Shown piece after piece: positions 47,876-55,193 of a DNA stretch of 55,193 bases. A program made the translations under genes and the position numbers. The notes under the pieces are model-generated. The model did not search any database and was not told where the DNA came from. It saw nothing but the letters and a program-made list of their open reading frames with translations. The stretch is from a virus. Its lineage: Duplodnaviria > Caudoviricetes. Within the stretch, counting starts at the first letter, position 1; every line of letters starts with the position of its first letter. Location of the stretch: positions 1 to 55,193 of IMG/VR virus record IMGVR_UViG_3300001338_000004; one strand, 5' to 3'.

Positions 47876-49756
47876 ATGATTTGGATTCGTCGCCTGTTGT
47901 TCTCTCTTGCGTTTGTGGTTGCCCCGACGGCCGGGTTCGCACAAGCGGTCATCGTCCCGTCGCCAGTGCCGTCGTTGACAGCTGGCTGCACGATCCAGCG
48001 TGACGGGACCAATAGTTCGTGGGTCTGCTCAGCGGTTGCGGCTGCAAGCCAGCCGTTGACGGATTCACTGGGCTTGATTGCGAATGCGTCTGACGCGACG
48101 AAGGTCCTGGCGTTCGACGTCTCGGCAATCGCGACCGCAACGACACGGACGGTGACGTGGCCGAACGCGAACGTCACCGTCCCGACGACCATCGCGTCGC
48201 TCGGCGCGAACACGTTCACGGCACTGCAGACCGCGAACGGCGGTATCGCGACGACAACGTTCACGCTCAGTAGTACGATGCAGAGTAATTTGACGTTCAC
48301 CGATGCGACCTACGACATTGGTGCAAGCGGTGCGACGAGACCGAGACACTACTACGGGTCCGGCAACGGCGTGTTCGGCGGAACACTCGCGGTCACGGGT
48401 GTTGCGACATTCACCGCACAGCCGATTCTCTCGTCGTTGACCGCGTCGCTGCCGGTGTTCACGGACGCGTCGAAAGGGCTGGTCAGCAACGCGATGACCG
48501 GCACCGGCAATGTCGTGATGTCGGCGTCTCCAACGTTGAGCGGCACTACGACTCTGGCGATTCTCGTCGGTACGGATACGACCGATGCGTCGTCGAGCAC
48601 TACAGGTGCGTTCAAAACGGCTGGCGGTATGGGAATTGCCAAGAAATTGTTTGTCGGTACGGCACTCGACGTCGGTGGTGCTTCGACGATCACGACCCTT
48701 GTGGGATCGGATGCTACGGATTCATCATCGAGCACGACCGGCGCGTTCAAGACCGCCGGTGGTCTGGGTGTCGCGAAGAAGTTGTTCGTTGGAACTTCGC
48801 TTACCGTTGGAACCGACCTTGCCACTACTGCCGGAACAGGTTCATTTACGAAGAGCGTGAACGACGCCGCCTTTACGTTGAAGGTCCGAAACGCGAGCGC
48901 GACGACTGCATCGGTCACATCTCTGGTGATCGATAACAGCGCGAGTAACGGATGCGGAGTTCTCAGTTCTGCTGGCGGCAGCTTCACAACGAGTGGCCGT
49001 CGAGTTGCAAACGATTTTGACATCAATCAGGCATGTAATCAGGTTCTTAATATCGCTTCGGAAGGCAGCGGCGGTATGAAGTTCTTCTCCGGCGATGCCA
49101 CTACAACTCGCATTCAGATCAACTCTAACGGTAACGTCGGAGTCGGCGCGGGTATCGCGGCAGATACAGCTATCGCTCTTGTCGTAGGCGGTATAACGAG
49201 TGATAGCAGCAAGTTCATTTTCTACGGATACAACCTTGCGACCACGACGGAGTTTTACGTTCGGAACGATGGCTATGGGTTCCTCAACGATACCGCGTGG
49301 CACTACTCCTCGGACGAACGGTTAAAGGAGAACATCGAGCCGGTCACCGACGGACTTGAACGTGTACTCGCGTTGACGCCAAACTACTTCGACCGTCGTG
49401 ACGGCCGCAAGAACCAGATCGGCTTCATCGCACAGCAAGTGTTGCCAATTATTCCCGAAGCGGTCGAAGCCGATCACAACGGCTACATGGGCGTGGCAAC
49501 GGACTTCATCACGCCGCTGTTGGTCAACGCGATCCAGCAACAAGAGGCACGGATCGTTGCACTCGAAGCGAAGGCGAACGTGAACAAACCGAACTCGCCG
49601 AACGCTTCGGCTCGAGCGACGGCCGTGAAGAAGTTGGCGACAGAAAAGAAGGTCGCGGTCGACGCGGAGCTAAAAGTACTGAAGGCCCGCGCCGACTGTA
49701 CTCGACAGAGTGCGCTGATTGTGAAACAGGGCGGCACGCCGTTGGACTGCAATTGA
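47876..49756 (+). CDS. Tail fibre with N-terminal Sec signal peptide and C-terminal intramolecular chaperone (peptidase S74)
   Basis: AAGGAG RBS; MIWIRRLLFSLAFVVAPTAGFA|Q; SSDERLKENIEP...GFIAQQV...PEAV...LLVNAIQQ. Confidence 0.85.
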   Translation: MIWIRRLLFSLAFVVAPTAGFAQAVIVPSPVPSLTAGCTIQRDGTNSSWVCSAVAAASQPLTDSLGLIANASDATKVLAFDVSAIATATTRTVTWPNANVTVPTTIASLGANTFTALQTANGGIATTTFTLSSTMQSNLTFTDATYDIGASGATRPRHYYGSGNGVFGGTLAVTGVATFTAQPILSSLTASLPVFTDASKGLVSNAMTGTGNVVMSASPTLSGTTTLAILVGTDTTDASSSTTGAFKTAGGMGIAKKLFVGTALDVGGASTITTLVGSDATDSSSSTTGAFKTAGGLGVAKKLFVGTSLTVGTDLATTAGTGSFTKSVNDAAFTLKVRNASATTASVTSLVIDNSASNGCGVLSSAGGSFTTSGRRVANDFDINQACNQVLNIASEGSGGMKFFSGDATTTRIQINSNGNVGVGAGIAADTAIALVVGGITSDSSKFIFYGYNLATTTEFYVRNDGYGFLNDTAWHYSSDERLKENIEPVTDGLERVLALTPNYFDRRDGRKNQIGFIAQQVLPIIPEAVEADHNGYMGVATDFITPLLVNAIQQQEARIVALEAKANVNKPNSPNASARATAVKKLATEKKVAVDAELKVLKARADCTRQSALIVKQGGTPLDCN

Positions 49757-50190
49757 CTGGGAGTGGATCCTTGGATAACGAACAGTTTCGCGAGCTGATG
49801 GAACGGATCGAGACTACGCTGGAGCGTCGGATCAGCGACGGACAGCAAGAGACCGGACGGCGATTCGATGAAGTGGATCGACGGCTCGACGATCTGACGA
49901 TCCAGGTACGGCTGACGAACGGTAACGTACGCAACCACGGCGAGTCGTTGGCGAACCACCAACCGCGGCTACTGGCGACTGAGCGGGATATCCGTGAAAT
50001 AAAGCGAACGTTCGCGGAAGATCATCAACTTAAACCGCCCGCCGGATCGACCGTTGTGACGCTGCCGCCGGATATGCAGCCGGTAACCAACTACACGCTA
50101 CAGCGGGTAATCGCGTTGGTCGTGGTTACCGCGACGATTACCGCGACGGTAACGATGTTCGTCTTGAAGGCAATGCAGCAGCGTCCGTAA
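49753..50190 (+). CDS. Coiled-coil protein with C-terminal TM (holin/XhlA-like)
   Basis: RFDEVDRRLD..QVRLTNGNVR, then a hydrophobic C-terminus; upstream of the putative lysin. Confidence 0.5.
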   Translation: MTGSGSLDNEQFRELMERIETTLERRISDGQQETGRRFDEVDRRLDDLTIQVRLTNGNVRNHGESLANHQPRLLATERDIREIKRTFAEDHQLKPPAGSTVVTLPPDMQPVTNYTLQRVIALVVVTATITATVTMFVLKAMQQRP

Positions 50191-50210
50191 TATACAGGAG
50201 CCCCAGGCTA

Positions 50211-50639
50211 ATGCCGTTGAAACTGCGATTGATCCGCGAACCGTCCCGGAACGGGTTCACCACCGGGGTCTTGTTCGCAAACGGAGTCTTCCAGAACTTC
50301 ATTGGAGAGGACCAGATACGTGAGGTCCCCGGACAGCCGGTAACGGAATGGAAAGTCAAAGGCAATACCGCGATCCCGGCCGGAACGTATCGTATCGTAC
50401 TCCAGCAATCGGCGCGGTTCGGCCGGCTCATGCCCTACTTGATACGGGTGCCGGGATTCGACGCGATCGAGATCCACTGGGGGAACAAGAAAGAAGATAC
50501 GGAAGGCTGCCTGTTGACTGGACTGATCCGTGGATATGATTCCGTGGGCGGCTCGAAACAGGCCTTCGAGGCGTTGATCAAAATCATCGAGGCGAATCAG
50601 CCGGTCACGATTACGATCGAGAATCCGGAGGTCCTGTAA
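50211..50639 (+). CDS. DUF5675-family protein, putative peptidoglycan-acting lysin
   Basis: TAIPAGTY...VPGFDAIEIHWGN...DTEGCLL.G signature with His/Cys pair. Confidence 0.8.
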   Translation: MPLKLRLIREPSRNGFTTGVLFANGVFQNFIGEDQIREVPGQPVTEWKVKGNTAIPAGTYRIVLQQSARFGRLMPYLIRVPGFDAIEIHWGNKKEDTEGCLLTGLIRGYDSVGGSKQAFEALIKIIEANQPVTITIENPEVL

Positions 50640-52459
50640 TGCGACGCATCGAGATCCCGGACGGTATTTACCCGGACGCGCTGCCGTCGGGTGAATACGT
50701 TTGTACGCTGAACGATCGATCGCATGTCGTGACGCATCTCAGGAATCTTCCAACCCAGGATCGTGCGATTCCGTTACAGGTACGGTTGACCAATGTCGGT
50801 GGGTTTCAGTTCGCTGGTGCCCGCGACTACGACCCGCCGGCAATGCTGGGCTACAAAAACGGATCCTGGTATACTGATACGACACGACGTATCTGCGGGA
50901 TCAATCCGTGTCTCTTCCTTCCGAACGGAGAGCTGCTCGTCGCGACCTGTTCCGCGGAGACCGGTAGCCAGGGATGGCGGTACGTGGATCCACAGACACA
51001 GCAAGCCGTTCCCGGAGATCGAACGTACGGGCCGTCGCAGGGAGTGCCGCTGTGTGAGTGGACGGATATCGGTGACGACCTATACATCGGGCAAGCAACC
51101 GGGGACTGCCCCATCGGATGTTTCGTATTCAATCGACAGGACGGGTCGCTGCGAGTGCTCGAACCCGGCCGGGCGTGGTGGATTCGAGCCAACCAGGACG
51201 GCGATCAAGTAGCGGTGGCAATGGCATTCCAGCAAGCGGGCAAACCGGCTATCATCGTTTGGACATCGAAGAATGAACTCCGGACGCTGCCGACCGTTGA
51301 GGAACATCTCATGTCTGGCATCGTAGAATTTCCGCCTGTGGCGCGTCTGAAACGCGCCTTCGGTGTTGGCTCCTTCTGGACGACCGCACCGCCGAGTTCC
51401 GGTCGTGTGGGACACGCGCCGGGTCACTTCGAAGTTTTGACCGACGGCGCACTCTGGTCTGACTGTGCCGACAAGACACGACCGATTATCGCGGATATCT
51501 ATAGCGCACCGTCGGTGCCGAACGACAAGCTGGTCGCCCTCTTCGCCGTATGGGCCGACGACAAACATCCGCGGGATACCGTTGAGCGAATGGCGCAGTT
51601 CCGCGGGGTACCGGTGGTGTGGTACTCGGACGCGTTCCCGTATCCGGATGGTGTGCCAACGAACGCGTGGTGGATGGTGAAAGCGTATCCCACAGCCTCG
51701 GTCCGGCAGATCGAGCGCGAGATCGAGCGTCTGGAACGCGTGCACACGCATCTGGCCGTTGCAACACCGCATTATCTGCAACGGCCGGACCCGGTTACGG
51801 GCACGCGCACGTGGACCCTACAACAAGCGTGTGAACATCTGCATCCGTTGGTTGAGATGCTGATCCGCCATCCCTCGATTGCGTTTGCCGCCGGGTTCTG
51901 CGGCGAGGCGCGTCTCGAAGGTATGGGGACGTACCCGATTTTGAAGCAAGGGTACACGCGTTTGGTCGAGGCCAGCGAGGGTCCGATCGATTTTCGTATC
52001 CATACGGTGACTCCGCCCGCTCCGCCGGCCGAGACACCCACGACACCCGAGGAGCCTCAAATGAAACTACCGGCACGCGGCTACGCGATTCTTCACAACG
52101 GCAATATCGCCACCGTTGCTCCTGGCGGATCGCTGGATCTGGCCTATCGTACGCAGGAGTACGCGTCGTACCAGGCCGTCGAGGTCCGCCGGTCGCGCGT
52201 GAATCCGGCGAAGGTTCTTGTGTACTTCCCGGCGTCCGATACCTACTTCCGGGTCGACCGGGTCGAAGCACTGAAAGGTAACTTCAGCGGTGCGGCGGGC
52301 GTCGTCCCGTCGACACACCCGACCCTCGATAGCGGATGGCAGTGGGGCGACCCGTCGGGTGCGTGTGTCCACTTCGGTACCGATAGTCCAGACGGCGTAC
52401 GTCACGGCATCGGCTACACCTTGTTGATCGTTGATCAGAACGGCCGTCCGCTCGTCTAA
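50639..52459 (+). CDS. Multidomain hypothetical protein in the lysis region
   Basis: TAATG overlap; beta-rich N-terminus, middle alpha/beta domain, Pro/Thr linker, C-terminal domain. Confidence 0.6.
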   Translation: MRRIEIPDGIYPDALPSGEYVCTLNDRSHVVTHLRNLPTQDRAIPLQVRLTNVGGFQFAGARDYDPPAMLGYKNGSWYTDTTRRICGINPCLFLPNGELLVATCSAETGSQGWRYVDPQTQQAVPGDRTYGPSQGVPLCEWTDIGDDLYIGQATGDCPIGCFVFNRQDGSLRVLEPGRAWWIRANQDGDQVAVAMAFQQAGKPAIIVWTSKNELRTLPTVEEHLMSGIVEFPPVARLKRAFGVGSFWTTAPPSSGRVGHAPGHFEVLTDGALWSDCADKTRPIIADIYSAPSVPNDKLVALFAVWADDKHPRDTVERMAQFRGVPVVWYSDAFPYPDGVPTNAWWMVKAYPTASVRQIEREIERLERVHTHLAVATPHYLQRPDPVTGTRTWTLQQACEHLHPLVEMLIRHPSIAFAAGFCGEARLEGMGTYPILKQGYTRLVEASEGPIDFRIHTVTPPAPPAETPTTPEEPQMKLPARGYAILHNGNIATVAPGGSLDLAYRTQEYASYQAVEVRRSRVNPAKVLVYFPASDTYFRVDRVEALKGNFSGAAGVVPSTHPTLDSGWQWGDPSGACVHFGTDSPDGVRHGIGYTLLIVDQNGRPLV

Positions 52460-52470
52460 CGGAGAATCCA

Positions 52471-53868
52471 ATGAAGCGACTCCTACTCAGTCTGTGTGTT
52501 TTGCTCGCCGCGTGTGTGGTGCCCGGGCCACGGACGCCCACGCCTCCGGCTCCCACGACATTCACGCTGACCGTGGAAGTCGTCGATGAACGCTCGGAAC
52601 AACCGCTCGTCGGATCCCACGCCTACCGCGACAACAATATGGACGTCGCGGTCTTCGTGGGAGACGCGGGCCGAGTATCTTGGCTGCTCGACGCAGCGGG
52701 ATTCAACGTCTGTGCCCGGGCGACGGCACATCTCACGCGCTGTTTGCCGGTGTCCGAGGTACGGGACCAAACGATACGGCTCGCCCTGACCCCAGAAGCG
52801 GTGGTCGTGCCCGTACCGCCGGAACCGACGCGGCCGGTCGTTGTATGGCCACCCGCACGCCCGCGTAGTCAACTTCCGGAGTTTCCGGCGATCACCAGTA
52901 CGGGCGACGGGGTTTGGTCTAGCGGACCGTACGATCGGACGATCCCCTTCCCGGTACCCTCACGACCGGATATCGATTTCCACCGCGGTAACTTCAGCGG
53001 TATTCGCGTACCGGAGTGTCACCTCCCGCAACTTGAGGCGGGCATCGCGGGACATCCGGAACATGTGATGACCTGGGATCAGCCGCAGTATGCCCCGGCC
53101 GATCAAGCGTGCGTCCTGAACGCGTACGCCAACGTGCGCGGCTACACCCACTTCACAATGTCGATTCCGCAGGCACGGAATCACGGTGTACTGGATCAGC
53201 GGTTGCTCGACGCGGCGGTGTTGGCCAAACAATACAACCAGTTCGTCGTGATGATCGTGTACGGCGGCGACGGCGAGTCGTTTGGAGACGTCCTCCCGTG
53301 GCTCGAGAAGCTGGTTGCGCTGCATGCCGTCGATGAACTCTCGGTCTGCTGGCAGTGTGACTTTCGCTACGACCCATTCGAGCTCGTTTCTCGAACCCAG
53401 GAACTCGGCGAGTGGGCGCACGCACACGGTCTAAAGGTCTCACAGCATTGGGTCAACGAAGCGCTGGCGTGGTGGAACGCGGCTGACGAAGGCGGGACAC
53501 GGAAGAATACCTGCCTTGATTCCGCCGACCTCGGTCTGCCGCCGATCTGCAACCGGTTCGACTACCACCGCGTCATGGCGCAGTATGTCGACTACCAGTA
53601 TCACCAAGGCGACACCGGGGCAGCAATCAACGACGACCGGACCGGCGGCTACCAAGGATCTATCGGTGACGTCCTTCGGTCTCTGACGACCGAGAAGCTG
53701 GTCATCGCCGAATACGACGCACAGCGTGAGTTCGACGACCCGGATCATGCGACCGAAGATCAGGGTGATTTGAAGGGCTACCTACTGATGTGTACGCAAC
53801 GCAATGGGGCGTTCGTACTCGGCGGGTACATGAATGGGGCGCGGCTTCCCAACGGGTCCGTGTTCTAG
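52471..53868 (+). CDS. Lipoprotein with putative glycoside-hydrolase-like barrel
   Basis: Lipobox MKRLLLSLCVLLAA|C; Pro linker; carboxypeptidase-regulatory-like beta domain; W/Y/E-rich alpha/beta C-domain (RGYTHF, LVIAEY). Confidence 0.65.
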   Translation: MKRLLLSLCVLLAACVVPGPRTPTPPAPTTFTLTVEVVDERSEQPLVGSHAYRDNNMDVAVFVGDAGRVSWLLDAAGFNVCARATAHLTRCLPVSEVRDQTIRLALTPEAVVVPVPPEPTRPVVVWPPARPRSQLPEFPAITSTGDGVWSSGPYDRTIPFPVPSRPDIDFHRGNFSGIRVPECHLPQLEAGIAGHPEHVMTWDQPQYAPADQACVLNAYANVRGYTHFTMSIPQARNHGVLDQRLLDAAVLAKQYNQFVVMIVYGGDGESFGDVLPWLEKLVALHAVDELSVCWQCDFRYDPFELVSRTQELGEWAHAHGLKVSQHWVNEALAWWNAADEGGTRKNTCLDSADLGLPPICNRFDYHRVMAQYVDYQYHQGDTGAAINDDRTGGYQGSIGDVLRSLTTEKLVIAEYDAQREFDDPDHATEDQGDLKGYLLMCTQRNGAFVLGGYMNGARLPNGSVF

Positions 53869-53876
53869 GAGGGGTG

Positions 53877-54314
53877 ATGAAAGCGATTCGTATTCTCTGC
53901 GTGTTCGCGTTGTTCATGTTGGTGGCTACGGCGACGCCACCGCTGATCGCACAAGCCGTGTCTTCGGTCGCGGCCGCGAGTCCGGACGGGCCGGTGCGCG
54001 TGCCGAACGCCGCCGACGAGTGGGGTAGCGCCTTCGTGTGGTCGCTGCTGACCTCGTTCGGCCTCCAGTGGTGGCGCTCGAACGCAAAGCTCGGCGGTTT
54101 CTCCGAGAAGACGCACCTGATCGTCCAGCGCACCATCGCCGGTCTCGTCGCGTTCGGCGGGTCGATCGGGATCACCTACGCCTTCGACCCCACCACGGGG
54201 CACCTGTCAGTCGACGGACTACTCTTGCCCACGATGTGGTCGGCCGGTCTTCACTGGGTTCGTCAGTTCGCGCTGCAGGAATTCGCGTACCGTGCGGCGG
54301 TAAAGGAGCGATAG
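53877..54314 (+). CDS. Multi-pass membrane protein (holin candidate)
   Basis: AGGAGG RBS; N-terminal signal-like segment plus 2-3 hydrophobic segments. Confidence 0.55.
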   Translation: MKAIRILCVFALFMLVATATPPLIAQAVSSVAAASPDGPVRVPNAADEWGSAFVWSLLTSFGLQWWRSNAKLGGFSEKTHLIVQRTIAGLVAFGGSIGITYAFDPTTGHLSVDGLLLPTMWSAGLHWVRQFALQEFAYRAAVKER

Positions 54315-54315
54315 G

Positions 54316-54693
54316 ATGTCACTACTGAAACGGATCGGAGCTGTCGCGCTGCAAGCCACGTCGATTCTCATCGGGGTCGGGCCGCTGGTCGCCATGGGCA
54401 ACCCGAAACTCGCTGGGGTGGTTCAACGTGTCGTCAGCGACGCGGAGCAGTTGTCGTCGATCATCCAGCAGGTCGAGATGTTCGGCCAGGTCCTCGGGCT
54501 ACCTGGAGCCCAGAAACTGCAGATGGCGTCCGTGGCCGGCGCGCAGGTCATTTTGCAATCGGCCGCGTTGACCGGCCACAAGGTCGCCAAGCCGGACCTG
54601 TTCAAGCAGGGCGTGTCAAAGGTGATGGACGGGTGGGCGGATATTCAGAACTCGCTGGACGACGGCGGACTGAAGACGGAAGACAAGACCTAG
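54316..54693 (+). CDS. Hypothetical membrane-associated protein
   Basis: Amphipathic/hydrophobic N-terminus; AAGGAG RBS; last late gene. Confidence 0.6.
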   Translation: MSLLKRIGAVALQATSILIGVGPLVAMGNPKLAGVVQRVVSDAEQLSSIIQQVEMFGQVLGLPGAQKLQMASVAGAQVILQSAALTGHKVAKPDLFKQGVSKVMDGWADIQNSLDDGGLKTEDKT

Positions 54694-54703
54694 CCGGAAA
54701 TGA

Positions 54704-54741
54704 CTTGGGCCGGTTGCCGATGTTCTGACAACCGGCCCAAG
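54704..54741. terminator. Hairpin between convergent genes (bidirectional terminator candidate)
   Basis: 13-bp perfect IR cttgggccggttg / caaccggcccaag. Confidence 0.7.
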
Positions 54742-54744
54742 CGA

Positions 54745-55053
54745 CTAGCCGCGAAGTAGCGCCTGTCGGCGTTTGCTCAACACGATCGGTTTCTTGCCCA
54801 TCTTCCGAAGTGTCGCGTTCACCTGTTCCCACGTCCGCTTTGCTTCGGCGCGTTCGCCGGCCACTTCCCGTTCCGCGTCTCGCAATTCTCGCCGATAATC
54901 CGCGGCCGACTCGAGCGCATCTTCCAGCCATTCGAATCGCCCGGCCACCTCTTCGATCAAGTCGGCTACGGTCTCTTTCTTCTTCGTCCTTCGGAACTTC
55001 AGAAACTCCGCATACTCTTCCACGCTCACTTCAACGGTCTTGGCGTTTGCCAT
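54745..55053 (-). CDS. Coiled-coil hypothetical protein
   Basis: ATG 55053 with GGAGG RBS; convergent with the late operon. Confidence 0.7.
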   Translation of the reverse strand: MANAKTVEVSVEEYAEFLKFRRTKKKETVADLIEEVAGRFEWLEDALESAADYRRELRDAEREVAGERAEAKRTWEQVNATLRKMGKKPIVLSKRRQALLRG

Positions 55054-55193
55054 TGTCTGCCTCCAATGCCGCGACATGCGGCCGGGATATTCTTGCGCGG
55101 CCCGCGTCGCGGCACGACAGGAATTTTCCCTTTAACGCGAGCGCGCGCACGGCCCGTGTTTCCGCCCGGGGCGCGGCCCGGGGCGCGGCGCGG

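Noticed and set aside
44130-49756. Diversity-generating retroelement or invertible tail-fibre cassette
   Set aside because: No reverse transcriptase, invertase or adenine-specific template/variable repeat pair seen.
55184-55193. 10-bp end repeat as a true cos overhang
   Set aside because: Far from the terminase genes, low-complexity GC sequence, and more simply an assembly overlap; cannot be decided without reads.

Overview
This window looks like an essentially complete, GC-rich, 55.2-kb genome of a long-tailed (siphovirus-type) dsDNA bacteriophage. It is probably circularly permuted: the first and last 10 nt are both CGCGGCGCGG. I see no integrase, repressor or tRNA, so it is probably lytic. 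An AT-richer divergent control region (about 25440-26000) splits it into two arms. The minus-strand arm (25.4 kb to 0.27 kb, continuing across the junction to 55053-54745) carries many small early genes, an ATP-dependent ligase, an HNH nuclease, a cold-shock protein, an SNF2 helicase, RuvC, a PD-(D/E)XK exonuclease, Sak4 plus an SSB, a family-A DNA polymerase and a primase-helicase. Interleaved with these is a probable DNA-hypermodification cluster: MazG, a Glf-like flavoenzyme, a dUTPase-HAD fusion, an active-site-altered ThyX, a GT-A glycosyltransferase and an Nmad1-like protein. The plus-strand arm carries terminase, portal, capsid, neck, two paralogous tail-tube genes, tape measure, tail-tip/fibre genes and lysis/envelope genes. 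The most striking feature is that the fibre/receptor-binding proteins, including one with a C-terminal S74 intramolecular chaperone, begin with classical Sec-type signal peptides (mostly A|Q cleavage) and are rich in nearby cysteine pairs, while head, tube and hub proteins have none. This suggests the adsorption apparatus is exported and folded outside the cytoplasm and joined to the virion later. All calls come from motif recognition by eye; no database searches were run.
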